Below, piece after piece: positions 1-13,989 of a stretch of DNA of 64,000 bases. The notes beneath the pieces were generated by a model. The model ran no database searches and had not been told where the DNA came from. It saw only the letters and a program-made list of their open reading frames with translations. Source of the stretch: Apostichopus japonicus (Eukaryota); assembly GCF_037975245.1 (NCBI RefSeq), contig NC_092565.1:23338063-23402062 (forward strand). The letters run 5' to 3'. The number at the start of each line of letters is the position of its first letter. Position 1 is the first letter of the stretch. The translations under genes were made by a program, and so were the position numbers.

Positions 1-2574
1 AGACAGCTAAAACAAAAGACAATGGCATTTCTTTTCGCTACCTTGTGAAACTATCCCGAACAAGAAAAGTCAGACTGCAATACTGTAGGTGCTGGGCTGA
101 CACAACTGATTGGCATGAAAGAGCACGAAAAAGACGACAAGAGTTGCACACCGTTTGAACCAGTCAAGCAAAGAGCAAATATAAACTGTAGACCTCCAGT
201 CTTCTATACTATACCAATCACTTTTGACAATGAAAAACCCATTTTCGAAATTGCTTACATCCTTTCAGCTGTGAAATAAAACAAAAACTGTTGCCATGGC
301 TACAAAGACATCTGTACTATGGTAATTACACCCTTTTTTGTTTACTTTCACTAGATACAAAAGTTTGAGTTATCTCAGGGAATGGTTCAAATTGGAAAAC
401 AAAAAGGTGAGTCAAACATTAATTATGAACATGCAAGGAACCATCCATTCTAATCAATAATAAACTTCAACTGCTAAGTAGTTAATGATCCAACACAGAG
501 ATGTATTTTCCTCCACAAAATAATGACAGCATTTTTCAATATCCAAAACAACTGGAAAACAAGAGAGTACCCACTTGGCAGCTATGAAATAAATCTTGAA
601 AACCTGGAGCCAAAACTACAACAAAACCAGTCGAGTATACAGAGGAAAAGGATACACCACCATGAAATACTACAACTTCAAGAATTAAAAGCTCTCTTGC
701 CTTTAAATTTACCTTTCCTTAAATTTAGAATTCATAGACACCAGGTCTGAAAATGTCCTTGTGTAAATCAAAGTTCAACCAATTTACTAAGAGACTCTTT
801 CTTGGTCTTGTTAAAAATAGTGTCTTTGATTATGATAAGATTTATATTATGCAGTACAGGTATATTCCACCTCAGTAGGTAAACATTGCCATGGATATAT
901 TTAGTACTGTTTACCAGAGATAAAAGACATGTTTAGATCAGAAAAAGTAAATCAGCCAATATGGTTTCAAATTTATCAGCTAGTACTGAACAAGCAATGT
1001 GCATATATAACAACAGACTTTGCAATAATATACCATAATGTAAACAAACTCCTTGCATTTTTCGGTATCAAGCAGGACTATTAATTCAATGATAAGATGT
1101 ATATAAGCAAGGCAAACTATGATTGTATCTGGCAAAACTATAAAAAAACAAAATTCTTCAGCTTTCACAGCTACATGCTACCGCAAATTCAATATTTAAA
1201 GTTTAAAAACACCTGCACCAGCTTCAAGTGTAGTATGTACATGCTCTCGAAAAATTTTCTCAAGTTTTTTTTTCTTCAAAATACAAATATTCTTTACGTT
1301 GGAATTGGTGTATCAAAGTTGTAAAGTTCTGAGAGGTTCAAATGAACAAAGATATTTCATTGGAAGAAATATGGAATATATCCCTTGAACTTTCTATCAT
1401 TTGTTAAGCAGACAGTTATGGGAGGCCAGGAAAACTATATAGGAAAGTGATTGGCCATAGATAAACTATTGGGTAATTTAAGCCTACTGTTACTGGATGA
1501 AATATTTACTCTCACTGATAAAAGTGTTCATGGTTAAGAGATAAATTCTAGTAACAAAAATAGACGTTGTCCTTATGATCCACTCTTAATATCATGCAGT
1601 ACTTAACGTTGTCTTACTTACCACATGGACACTAAGGTTTCTTCCTTACTAAAAACTAAATTACACTCGAAAGTCATAAAAACATTACAAATTTCCACAA
1701 ATAATTCCAGACTTGATGTACTGTACAGTATAAATGTCACCCCAAAAATTCAGCAAATTGCTGTTAAATCCAAGCTAACCTAGATGTAGTTACAGTAATG
1801 TAAAATTCCTGCTGATTTCAAGGTCCCGCCGAATCTGGATTTATGATAGTATAAAGTCTGTTATCATTACCGGTACCACTGTAATGTACTGTGTATTGAC
1901 TTCTAACTTACAAACTTGTCTCTAGTCAGTAAAGATATAGTGGATTTATAGATAAATCTACAGTATATAAGTAAGTTACACTAAAGCTACAGTAACTGGA
2001 ATTTTAAGGTACCCTTACATTTTTATTTTGAAGTCCACTTAAAACCTGTTACAGCTTCCTTCCTGGTTATCGACAAACGTGCTGGCAAGAAGCGACCATC
2101 TGCTCAGAGTAAGAGAGCTCAGAGACCAGATCATTTCAAGACATGAATAATTAACTCAGACATTTAGTTTTAGAATGGCATAATCACTTTCCATTGATCC
2201 AATGTCTTCTATAAGTTCCATAAGAGGCGTCAGCTAAAATTAGAGAGCTCTAAGTTATAACTAAGGTGCTAAACAATCCATTTTACTGCTACCGTACATG
2301 TGTACGTATGTTCACCTATTACATTTTCTAATGATGCCCATGGATACAGTAAGTGACATTTTACAAAAATAAAATTAATAATAATTTCTTGTTCCCCTTC
2401 GCCTTTCCAACTCATCCAACAATCCCTCAGTTTATTTGCTATAAATGCAGGTTAGATTAACAAGAAAATAGAAATTTCTTATAATTGGCCATAATTTCCA
2501 TTTCCTATGGTGCAGTTGATCTTCAATTACAGAGTAAGTCGGCCTACATACTCCTGTTGAAATTATTAGGTAAA

Positions 2575-2705
2575 AGTGAAAAGGGAGGGGAGGGGAGGAG
2601 ATGGGAGGATATGGGAGGAGAAGAGAGGGGAGAAGAAGGAGGGAAGGTGAGGGAAGATGAGAGGAGGTTGTAGAGAAGGAGAGGGAATGTGGTAGGAGAG
2701 TGGAA
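2575..2705. repeat. Homopurine (GGA/GAG-rich) tract of about 130 bp on the + strand
   Basis: The sequence gggaggggaggggaggagatgggaggatatgggaggagaagagaggggagaagaaggagggaaggtgagggaagatgagaggagg is almost purely purine. Mirror-repeat homopurine tracts of this kind are known to be able to form H-DNA (triplex). ORFs 2485-2673, 2544-2948 and 2566-2790 are artefacts of it. Confidence 0.8.
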
Positions 2706-5700
2706 CAGGTAGAAAGAAGCCAAAATTGTCACTGAAAACATCATAGTAGTACCACCACTGCAAGATACAACCGTGGCAAATGAAATGCAAAAGATCAAGG
2801 CTGTAAGCACAAACTTATTATAAAACTGAGAGAGCACTTTACCAGTGGAACTTGAACTTCCAAAACAAAAAATATGTAACAAAATAACTTTTACAGTATG
2901 ACTGAAGAAGATATCAACCACTTTTTCCATGACATCCACAGTACACAAAACTTTTCACAAATTATGAAAAAATATTTCTTATTACCTGTAGATTGTGAAC
3001 TACTGCATTCATCGCTTGATTTAACACACTGAACTTAAAGTTCTATTGAAAGATATATGATCACAGATATCTTTATTTCCCTGCCCACCAAAGTACAATA
3101 CTGGGGGAACAACGGTTATCCATCCGAGTCAGGAAAAGTACATTAGAAAACTATGAACGATATTGATAACCACAAATGGCAGCTTGATTTTTCCCTTCAA
3201 AAACGACTCTACTGCACTGAATCTCCTTACACTGGCCTGACTAAATATTAAGAAGCGACCAACATTTACTGATGTCTGAAGCGAACTTCTTGTAGATCTC
3301 ATCCGATGGAAGTAGCTCTCATCAGAGTCAGATTCTCTCGAGGCAGCGTCAACGACGACTTGTAAGAAACAGATGGCTACACTAGAATCGCCAGTCACAA
3401 GAAACTGTAAGTGGTTCAGATTCAAACTATAGCCAACTAGGATAAAAAACCACAAAAAAGAATGGCACATGGAGGAATATCAGAAGGTACACATGACAGT
3501 ACTGTAGATGCACACTGTATGCACATGTATACTAATACAGCCTGTCATCCAATTGACTCAGACTGTAAAAATTGATAAAACAATCAATTTAGAGAGCTCT
3601 GCTATAGATATGATGCACTGTACTGTATATATAACACTGCTAGCTAATCAAATACATAGCAATAGTGTTAGCAATGTTCTCTACAATATATATATATACA
3701 GTGACTGTGTACTTTGTATATTTACAGAGTCTATAGCATGCTAGCAGCAGTTATAGCAAGCATGAGCAGTGTAGTAGCATGGGGGAAAACAAGTTTAAGC
3801 AACAAATCAGTGAGGCTTGAGCAAATTTAGTTTTGGGATCATTAAGTAAATAAGCTGTGGGTAATGCTCAGCAGAAGAGCCAAAAAAAAATAAAAAAACA
3901 AGATTTAAAGTCCAAATTTTATCTTCAGTGACCAGTTTGCCAAAATCAGATAGAATTGATTAAGATAAGGGAGAAAATAGGACTGCAAATATACAGTAGT
4001 GGAAGGGAAAACAAGTTTCAACAGCCACAGGTTCAAAACTCACACTATACCGTAAATTAACTGTACATGTTCCCCTGTCTCTCGCCTCGTCAAACGGATG
4101 ATCGATAATGAGAACTAACTAAAATGATTTGTTTCATTTTTCGATCATCAGTTGTTACTTCAAAACTAAGTGTGTTAGAAGTTGCTAAAAGCTTTCCAAG
4201 GCATGATACTTCCGTGAAGTTTTTCACTCTCAAACTGCTTCCCGAGCAATAAGACAGGTTTAGAAATAAACGATTAAACAATTGACTTTTAATCTAGTAA
4301 TTCTATCTTTCCACGAACCACTTCTTTCAAGGATTATAAAATATAAAGGTAGTCTTAAAGTAATGCTGGTACAGAATATGCAATGACCCTGTCACCATGG
4401 ATCATAATAAATGGCAAATCCAGTACTCTGTTGCTCATCACGCCATTTGGGTTCTGTTTGCTGTTATCTACTGTACAACTTGTCATCTTTTTTTAATTAG
4501 CTTAGAACTGTAATCTCTACTGTGTCTCGGGAATATATATTTTGTTTTTTGTAGATGAAATGGGGTTTCATCCTTGAACACACCACTGTATACACATGGC
4601 TCAATGGATTCTGCCCATCTTTATTCCTTCTCCCAACTCTGACCCTTCACAATCCTCAGCAAAGGGTCAACATCCCAATATAGAATTGGATAACTTGATT
4701 GACAGAGCATTATAAGACTTTTACTGGCTCCTCCATAAAACGTTCCTAAAGGCATTCAAGACTTTGTAAGGTTATGTTACATTTTATAGCTTAGCAACCA
4801 ACAAGACAATGCAGTGTAACTATAATGCACGCTATGTGCGATGCACTGTAGTTGACATTGACACTGTGAACTGTGAAATAAAACCAGTACTGAAGTGATG
4901 TGTCGAATTTTTATACCAAATTCAACAGTCTCAATTTTCTTTACATTTACAAAAGTTCTGGTATAAAGCTCTTTTCCACACAATACAGTACTGTACATCC
5001 ATGGTCTATTTAAATACTCACTGAAATGGTGTTAGCAAATCCATTCATCAAGACAGTATCGTACCACATCAGACCACCTTATGAATATTCATTAGGCATT
5101 ATACACAGTCTTGCATCAGTCACCTCTGACTCTTTATGCCCCATACAAAATAGGATAAATGTTGGCCAACAATGTGATTGCTGCAGAACTGCACCCATCC
5201 TCAAAAATGTAGCATTGTATCTAGATACAAAAGCCAAAGCCTATCAATGCCTTCACTTACTGTAATACATTGTTCACAACAAAATATGCTGCCCTAAAAG
5301 AGATCATTGTTTGGTAATGGTCCCAAACTTTTGAAATTCGCTCCAAAAGAGCTCAAAACATTGCTCAAATTTGCTCAAAAGATTTGTTTCCAATGCACCT
5401 TCTGGAGATTCTGATTCTCGAGATTATTTTCATCCAAAGAGGAGTGTTCAGTGATATAGAATCATGTGTCTCAGTGACAAAAAACATGCAAGATTTATAC
5501 TGTATTTTGAAGTTTTGACCATGAATGACCAATATTTGACTTTCTAGCATATATTTGAAGGGGGAAGGGCCAAATACTAATGGGCCCACATAAACAATAA
5601 CATATCATTTACATTCCAGAAAAAGGTATTAAAATTGGGGGGGGGGGGGGGGGTATTGTGCTGTATAGCTGACAGTCTTACCACTACAGTGGCGACAGTT

Positions 5701-5924
5701 GAAAACATGCACTGCCCAAACTGAACAAAAGGTACAATAAGACCCTTCCCAGATCTTTACACGAAATGAAGGTTAATGAGGAAATTATTCTTTGATAATG
5801 TATGTATGTATGTATGTATGTATATGTGATCTTCCCGGAAGCAGGAACTCGCGAAAGAAGCCATGGAGGCTTGTAGACTCGCAAGCTGACCGAAGCCAAT
5901 CTCTCGGCACACATCCATTTAATC

Positions 5925-6050
5925 ATATCGGCACACATCCACGGCACATATCGGCACATATCGGCACATATCGGCACATATCGGCACACACGGCACACAT
6001 TTAATCATATCGGCACACATCGGCACACAATCAATCGGCACACATCCATA
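5925..6050. repeat. 11-12-bp tandem repeat (cggcacatat / cggcacacat) about 10 units
   Basis: It is directly visible. ORFs 5684-5998 and 5792-6004 are artefacts of it. Confidence 0.75.
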
Positions 6051-8900
6051 ATTTTAATTCCATCTTCAATACTTTATTGCCCAGACATATTTCAAACTTC
6101 TATCAATCACATATAAAAATAAAAAAATTAAAAATTGAAAAATTTCAATCTTACTGTTCATTTGGATATATTTAAAGTGAAATGATTTAGCATAATTTTT
6201 TTTTAATCAAAATCAAGTCAAATACTGTACATTAGTATATTGGTACAAACATAAATTTAGATATTAGAGTTTCAGACTTTTAGCCACTTGCTAAAAAATG
6301 AAAGTATTTAAAAATACTTTCTGGCTAAAAGTTCACATATCGGCAATTTCCTAAAATACAACAAACATCAGACTTTACTGTATGTCAGACCTAAGGGAGA
6401 AGCCCAATGATATTTCCTGATAACAAGCAGTATTACAGGTCTATGTTAGCTACAGAGAAGCAGGTGTGCCAATTTCATTAATGAAACTTGTTACCTGACT
6501 TATCATGTGTTTATGTTTCTTAATGTCCACTGGCAGAAAGATGCTAACCCCCGACCCACCCTCCCCAAAAAAAAAAAATCCTTTTTCTGGGGGGAGGGGG
6601 AATAAAAACAATTCCAGCTACGTATAGACCTCTCTTGTGATACTGATATTAAAATCTAAACTGAAACTCTTGTCAGGATGAGACAATCAAACCAAATATT
6701 CTCTTACCTTGAACATATTTTCTTTCATTAAAACCAGTATATATTACTTTTGGATTAAATTTTTTAGCATATTACTCCTCAAATTAAATCACCTTTTCCT
6801 TCATATTTACCTTTTAGGTAAAAGTGAAATGTAATATTTTATGTAGCAACTTGAATGCATGCGCTAAAAATCATAAGTTAATATAATAAGGATGAAACCA
6901 ACTGGTCATCAATAATAGCAAATTTCATCTTGCAGTATCACATAAGACCAGTATAAGTTCCTGGCATTGCTAGAGAGAATCATGCCTAACAGTTCGTAAG
7001 GAAGAATTAAATTTTCCTTGGAATATTGGAGAACGGCCCCTGAGTGGGCTTTACATAGACAGGAAGTATATGTATAGGTATTGAAAATGAAAGAGTGACC
7101 TGATTCTATTGGACTTACATGGTTTCTTGCTGGATGGACCATTTGGAAAACCTGCCGGGAGTGATCCACTGCTAGAGGCTGATGGACTTCCACTCATTTT
7201 TTGGAATGATCAATATCACATGGAATGAAGGACCTAGTGGCAGTGAAAAATGTCTCTTATGGGTAATGGGTAAAGGAACCTAAAAAGGAGAAACATGAAT
7301 GTGACAAAAATAGTTAAAATGTTCTAGGCAACATTCAGTTCCAAATCAAAATACTGATATACTTTGATTTTTTTTTTTTTCGACAAATTACTGTTCACTA
7401 ATATTTTTGATTTTTCATTCCCATGTTCTGTAGAGCATTACTTTAAGAAATAAGCTCATATTTCTTATTGAAAATTGTAAGTTCAATGTCCAACAGAGAA
7501 AACAAACAAGGATAAAATTTACAAGGTGCTTGAAATTCATGATCTATTTGCAAGATATTGTAGTTTTAATAAGATTTCATGGTGATATAACTGAGGTAGA
7601 CGTACTTCACTGAATACATTTTATGAAATTTTATATTTGAGCACATTTGCTAAAAATGACTGTGACTTTGAAGATGGCCACAAAGTCTCAACAGAAACAT
7701 ACATATTGGTGACCAGGTGTCCAATACTGTACATTTAGCGGGAAAATTTAAAGTTTAAAATACGTTGACCATATTTTATACAGGAAATCTGGTGACATGA
7801 TATTGATGTAGACCCTCCTAGTTGACATCAGGAGAATTGTTTTCATTAAATTCTGAGAGCATTTGAAAATTTTAGAGGTTAGCTCTAGATGTCTTAAGGA
7901 TAAAGGGCAAATTAAGAAAAATATTTTTATCCAAGTGAAATTCCAAAGACAAAAAACTTAAATGCAAAAGGTGATTCAAAGTCTGTCGAATTAGTCAATG
8001 ATCTAAGATGCGGTTACATGTGACTGTTTGACAATTACTACGCCTGATAGTGATCCTTGTAATAGACATAGATGCTATTTGGTACTGTTTGGTGGTAATA
8101 ATATTACTATTACTAGTATTAGTTACCACACATTGATATGACTAGGCCTAGGCTAACACTACAGTTAGGTGAGGCCTAGGCTAAAAAGTTAGTCAACCGT
8201 TGAACAACCGTAAAGAACCGGCCTTGTTTTTCATACCAACTAACCATAACTGCACATAAGTAACATGTATAAATTTACTTAATGACTTACTGAGAAACAA
8301 GATTCTTATCCGTGTTTTTGAACTTGGAAACAATTCAAAGCCTATTTACTTTGCCAACTATCACTGACTATAACTAAGTATAACTAAGCATATATAAACA
8401 ACGTACTGGACAACTGCAGTCACTCTGCACTGTGTACAGTAATGCTGGTGAATGATGTCCACCATTAGCTAGGCCCTATGCAGATTGTAATGTTGTTACA
8501 GTGTGTAGGTTATTCGACTTTTCTAAATCGTATATTGCAACAAACATAACTTAAAATCATGGCCAAAATCAAGGAATGTTGGTATCATTTTCAAATTTGT
8601 ATTTAACTTTTTGCAAGGACGTTGGGGAATATTCCATGCGGCTGTTTATCTGTGTACCGTACAGTGTGTATGATGAGAACATTTTTACCGGCATGCTCAG
8701 CAGGACAATGCTTGAATTACGCAATATCAATAAAACAACGGTTGTATCTGTTTAGCTAAACTGGACCATGTATAAATTGTTCATATATAACTATTATATA
8801 ACATTGAAATACCGCACTTTCAGTAACGTTCTTCATCAACCGGTGACTGTTCGATCCATAAAAGGACTTATTTTGTTAGCGACTAAACAAGGACTGAGAA

Positions 8901-8938
8901 TGATGTCTTTTTCATTGAGAATTCCGATGGCAGCGGCA
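8901..8938 (+). CDS. COX15: Putative COX15 exon 1 (start codon; MMSFSLRIPMAAA) ending at GTAAGT donor
   Basis: Two ATGs sit at 8901-8906. A short in-frame ORF ends exactly at a consensus GTAAGT donor (8939-8944), in phase 0. This matches the phase-0 start of the next exon at 10662. The N-terminus is basic and hydroxylated, so weakly plausible as a mitochondrial presequence. No homology support exists for this exon. Confidence 0.3.
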
Positions 8939-10661
8939 GTAAGTTGTCACCTGTGGGTTACACTCAGTACTAGTATTTATACTAGTAATTTACCTCTGGT
9001 TTCTGTAACTTACGACAGGCCTAACTTTAGATCGAGACTAGGTACATTGTTTTGGCATAATATAACTGAAGTTATGAGCATGACTTAGGTAACGTTTGGC
9101 ATATGCACCAGATAACATAAGACTTGACTTAACCTTAACATGATTCAAACAAAACATTTATATTTTGGCATAATAGCACATTTGCCCGGTGGTTGTGAGT
9201 GTGGTAGGGTACCATGAATGTGACTCTCATGTTCAGTTTTTCACTCACAGTAATTTTTCACATAATTGAAGATGAGTAGTCCAATTTCTCATATGACCTA
9301 TGATTATGAATGTGGAATTCGGAGGGCCTCTCGGTGTTTAGTGGTTTTATGTTGGAAGGTTGATTCGTAAAATGCTCAAGTTTAGAGCATCGCATTCTGA
9401 ATCTGAAGCGAGTACTGTATTTTTCCAAGATATATGTAAATTGCAATGCCAAAAAACTTGAAGTTAACTGTCAGTCTCTGTATTTATCCCTAGGTTCAAG
9501 AAGATATTTTCCATCTTAATTATAGACTTGAAGTTATGCATTGACCTCCGTGCCTTTATCTCACTTTGAGTCATTAATGAACAGTACTTTGCAGTTGTAG
9601 TCAAGCACATCTATCTTCCATTTCAGAGGAGTCTCCCAACAAAATGCTGGAACTGTAGCTCACTTCGCTCTTTTCATAATCCATCTCAAAGAAGTGTTCC
9701 GCCCAACCGTTTTCTCCAGTGGAGGAGGACCTTCCAACCAAAGGTTTGAGATAATCTTTTTCAGAGATGAAAGTGCTGCATGCACTTTTTTCGATGATTA
9801 AGTCGTGTTACCATTTGATCTACAGAAGGAGAATTCTCAAGACGACAGCATTTGTGCTCAAATTGCTTAAAAATGTTACTGGTTATGCTTGTTTTTATTT
9901 TGTTCAGTTTCAAAGATGAGGCAAGAAATTAAAATTGTTCATTTTGTACAATGATGTATCTTAAATAACTTATAGTGCTAACTGTACAAATGTAAACATA
10001 AACGAATACACAGTCCATTACATTGGTTTACTTCAAGTGACAGGGAGTCTCACCAGCCCTTTCTAAGTCCCAATCCTTCTGCTAAATAGAGTAAGCAGAG
10101 GAATTAAAGAACCTGAAAAAGTCAGGTAAAATTAAAGATGTATTAAAACCCTGCTATTCTAACAGCATAATAGATTTAAAAGTCCATCTGCAGAAAATGC
10201 ATACAGTAGTTTGTGTTAAACATCACACGTGTACTTGATAAATGGCTCCCATTTCATGACCTCAAGAGTGCATGGTTAGAGTAGTTTGTTTTACTTTGTT
10301 GGTCAGTTTGTGTCAAACCTGTACATTATTTATCAATGAAGAGATGGAGCCAAGATACATTCGCTGGGTTTTCTCAACAACTTTTGTTCATTTTAACTTT
10401 CATATAATGTTGTTATGATCACAGTTGATCACATGGAATTCATGAAGCATCAAGACTATTGCCATGTACGTATTGTCATTGCAAGGCAGTTGAGTTATTG
10501 ATGTTTTAGTAAATATGAAAGTAAAATTATTCAGCAGTTTGTCTCTGAAAAGATACTACTCGAATTGGAACATCAGGCCCTCTTACTTTTAATACGAAAA
10601 GGTAACTTGTAAAGTTTGATTGGAATGTATCTTTCATATTGATTTCCTTTTCGCTGTATAG

Positions 10662-10810
10662 GTCAATGAAATACAATGCAAGAGAGTACAACACACCATA
10701 ACAGCGCAAGCATCTCAGGGCCGTACCAGATCAGAGAAGATTGTTGGTGGGTGGCTTCTAACCTGTTGTGGCATGACGGCGGAAGCAGTGGTCCTTGGGG
10801 GTGTCACGAG
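10662..10810 (+). CDS. COX15: COX15 exon 2 (…QASQGRTRSEKIVGGWLLTCCGMTAEAVVLGGVTR)
   Basis: A polypyrimidine tract plus AG acceptor lies at 10659-61 (an alternative acceptor is at 10717-18). The donor GTAAGG is at 10811. The translation matches the human COX15 segment …[28 protein letters not shown] from memory. It ends in phase 2. Confidence 0.6.
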
Positions 10811-11321
10811 GTAAGGTGTCTCCCTAGCTTTGGCTTTGTTCTAGATCATCCCAGTGTGATGGTGTTGCCCAAAATCTCTCATAGCAGATTAAAGTTTTCA
10901 CCAACAGAGCATTGTTTACAGCAAATTTAATCTGTTAATTTTGTTACTTGCACACAGTGGTTTGTACTAATGTATATTACACGTGCTTGTGTTCATGTCA
11001 CTTGTCTTGAAACAGAACTTTGGCATATACAGTAAAGATTTGTGTTCATGAAACATCTGATGAAAGAATGGATAATAGTTGGTAAAATTGTAACCTCTTT
11101 GAGGTGTCACTTTAATTATGTTCTGTCAATGACACCTAGTGGCTTAAGGCAAAACTGAAAGCTGTTTCTCCTTCAAATGCACGGTTCTATCTCTGTAAAG
11201 ATTATTAGTTGACTTTGTCCCGTAAATTTCAGTATTCAAAGTAATGAAATAAAAGTGATAAGAAATATCACAGAATTGATATTTGTGTTTTGAAACATTG
11301 TTTTAATTGTTACTTTTAAAG

Positions 11322-11444
11322 GTTAACAGAATCTGGTCTTTCAATGACTGACTGGCACCTTGTTAAAGGTATGAAGCCTCCAAGTTCTCAGGAGGAATGG
11401 ATAGCTGAGTTTGAAAGATACAAAGAGTTCCCTGAATTCAAATA
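11322..11444 (+). CDS. COX15: COX15 exon 3 ([41 protein letters not shown])
   Basis: The acceptor is ttttaaag|G and the donor is ata|GTAAGT. Phase is continuous with exon 2 (AG+G=Arg). The translation closely matches human [41 protein letters not shown]. Confidence 0.85.
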
Positions 11445-11680
11445 GTAAGTATACAGTCGTCTGCCAAATATAAAGGGATCATACTTTTATGATAGATGGA
11501 AAATTATAACAATACCGGGTAGGTCCCAGGAATAAAAGGTAACTGCAAACAGTTTCCTAAGTTCAAATAGGAGTTTGCGGGTAAAACAGAAAGGTATTGT
11601 ACTTTAATGATAGTTCATGGAAAATTATAACAAATCTGGGTAGGTCCCAAGAAGAATAGATTACTGGATTTTTTTGCCAG
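11430..11680. repeat. Tandem duplication of the COX15 exon-3 3' end plus proximal intron (about 115-bp unit x2); the second copy has lost the GT donor
   Basis: cctgaattcaaatagtaagtat…gatagatggaaaattataacaataccgggtaggtcccaggaataaaaggtaactg versus cctaagttcaaataggagtttg…gatagttcatggaaaattataacaaatctgggtaggtcccaagaagaatagattactg. Confidence 0.6.
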
Positions 11681-12142
11681 TCAAGTTTTAATTTCAAGTT
11701 TATTTCAATCAATCAAATGGTAACAATCAGATATCACAGAGAGATAAGGTTTAAAAACCTAAGTGTGAGAACATCAACAGCGACAGAAAAAAATAAAAAC
11801 ACGTATGAAATAGATATTGAATCACAAGAGTAGAACATTCAGTGGAAAGAAAATTGATCGATTGAGGAGACTCATAAGAAAATTTAAGAAGAAAAATTGT
11901 GAAATACAAGCAGGCAACGAAAAGTGATGGAGAAAGAACAGACATACTAGACATGACAACAGACATAAACATATTATATATTATGCTGAATGATTATACT
12001 ATTTTAAACGTTATAACAATACTGGATAGGAAGTATGGATCCATGTATGTGAAAGATTCAAATGGTTTCCTGTATTCAAAAGGTGAGGACAATATTGTCA
12101 GTGCCACAGCCAATGAGTAAAGAAATGTCTGTCTTTCCTCAG

Positions 12143-12329
12143 CGTCCACAAGGATATTACACTGGAAGATTTCAAGTTTATATTCGGCATGGAGTACGCT
12201 CATCGGATGTGGGGTAGAGCAATCGGCTTAGCTTTCATCCTTCCCGGGGCCTATTTCTGGAGGAAGGGATGGATTAGTAAAGCAATGAAACCGAGGGTGC
12301 TAATATTTGGATCATTGTTGGTGTTTCAG
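12143..12329 (+). CDS. COX15: COX15 exon 4 ([63 protein letters not shown])
   Basis: The acceptor is tttcctcag|C and the donor is CAG|GTATGG. The translation matches human …LTEFKFIWYMEYSHRMWGR…YFWRKGWLSRGMKGRVL…CFQ. Phase was verified codon by codon. Confidence 0.85.
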
Positions 12330-13166
12330 GTATGGTTTGACAAGTTAAGGCAATCTGAGATTTGTTCTTATGTGGTGTATAAAATATATTATTTATTACA
12401 ATCAAATTAAAGCTAGAATTATGAATCCTTTATGGTGCCAAAGTGCAGTGTTTTGAGATGGGAGTGGGAATGAATAGTTTATTTTTTATAACTTGCTTGA
12501 AATCAGGGACTAATTTATCTGGTATCAAATCACAATTAGCTGTGCAAAATGGGCAAACTGCTATATATACATGTGCAAAGATGTTACATACAGTATTATA
12601 ACCTGACTATTTCATGTGAGGCAAACTTCATAGCCTTCAAGACTACTACATAAAATGTTAACACTAAATTTATTCCCTGTTAATATTTCATTTCTCTTAA
12701 TTTATGACGAAAGCACATCGAAAAGTTACTGTAAAGCTTTGCTCTTGATTACTGTTAATTCTTGTACAGCAAACTAACAAATTTCTATCAAAAGTAAATT
12801 TGTGTCAAGAAATAACCAAATTGACATTAAATGTCATTTGAGATTACCATCATAAATTTTGCTTTATATTTTGCATGCTAGTATGATTAGGAACATAGGG
12901 CAGGGGTTGGTGGGGGGGTTGGGAAGCAGCAGGAGAGGTCATTCTTATTATAGTTAGAAAAGTTTTTCACAGTATGTGAACATGTTCTCTTAACTTTATC
13001 TTGTAACCTGTAAATACCTCACCATGTAGAAACCTGTATACTAAACTACATTGAAGCATATAGCCGCTTGCTGTTATGTGAGTTTTTTTTTTTTATCTGG
13101 TCATGATTCCATTTAATTTTGCTTCGTTATGTGAGTAATTCAGAATATTCTTGCTCTCTTATTCAG

Positions 13167-13331
13167 GGTCTTCTGGGATGGTTTATGGTAAAGAGTGGTT
13201 TAGAAGAACCCAACCCAACAGACATTCCCAGAGTTAGTCAGTATCGGCTGGCCTCTCACCTCGGCTCCGCTTTTGTCCTTTACTCCCTCATGCTCTGGTC
13301 TGGACTCTCCCACATTTTAAAGCCGCAACAG
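13167..13331 (+). CDS. COX15: COX15 exon 5 ([40 protein letters not shown]…KPQQ)
   Basis: The acceptor is ttattcag|GGT and the donor is CAG|GTATAT. It contains the diagnostic heme A synthase motif GLLGW(Y/F)MVKSGLEE…[10 protein letters not shown](A/S)HLG. It is 55 codons long and in phase 0. Confidence 0.9.
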
Positions 13332-13907
13332 GTATATCACATTTAGCAGTATGCCAAAGAGTTTTATATAAAAATATGAAGCTAAACTTTGGAGCACTTG
13401 ATAATATGACAATATTGTTTGCTTAAGGTTAGTTTTACTGTTTGTATTGAAAAGTGAACAATAGAAAACTGACTGGAAAATTAGAAGAAAAAATATAAAT
13501 ATTGATCAAAAGAGTTTGGCTAGAGAAGTAATTTGAATCAGTGACCTGGGATTTCAGGTCCTGTGATTTACCCAATAAGCTATCCAGCACCTTATTGGCT
13601 GTGATTCCATTTTATTCCACGGTTACCAGACAACGCCACACTTCTTTATTTCTATTTTAGAAAAAGTAGAATTTTTAAAAGTGTTAAATATCTTATGAAA
13701 GAAAAGCACACACACAAAAATTGAGTGTTTTGTTTTAGTAATTTATCTACATAATAGCCAGCATGGCATCACAAACACCACTGTTGTTATTTATATTATT
13801 TTATACTACACTTTTCATAAATATAAATGCACCAATGATATATCTTCTGTTGAATTAATTATACTAAATAGTTCTTTCCAATAATCACGTTCTTCTTCTT
13901 TTGATAG

Positions 13908-13989
13908 ATTGTCAACAGCAAGAATCTTTCACTGTTAAGAAAGTGTGCACATGGTAGCATGGCTCTTATATTTACCACTGCCCTGTCAG
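13908..13989 (+). CDS. COX15: COX15 exon 6 (IVNSKNLSLLRKCAHGSMALIFTTALS-)
   Basis: The acceptor is ttttgatag|ATT and the donor is TCAG|GTAAGC (phase 1). It matches human …LRRFAHGTAGLVFLTALSG. Confidence 0.85.

Noticed and set aside
2485-2948. Gly/Glu/Arg-rich and Ser/Pro-rich ORFs on both strands
   Set aside because: They are translations of a 130-bp homopurine/homopyrimidine tract.
3129-3470. 113-aa minus-strand ORF in a locally GC-richer patch (…VVDAASRESDSDESYFHRMRSTRSS…)
   Set aside because: There is no similarity I recognise and no convincing splice sites. It could be a UTR or an exon of an upstream gene, but it cannot be supported from the sequence alone.
13540-13585. Possible tRNA T-arm-like sequence (cctgggatttcaggtcc)
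   Set aside because: It does not match the GGTTCGAATCC consensus or allow a cloverleaf, so no tRNA gene is called.
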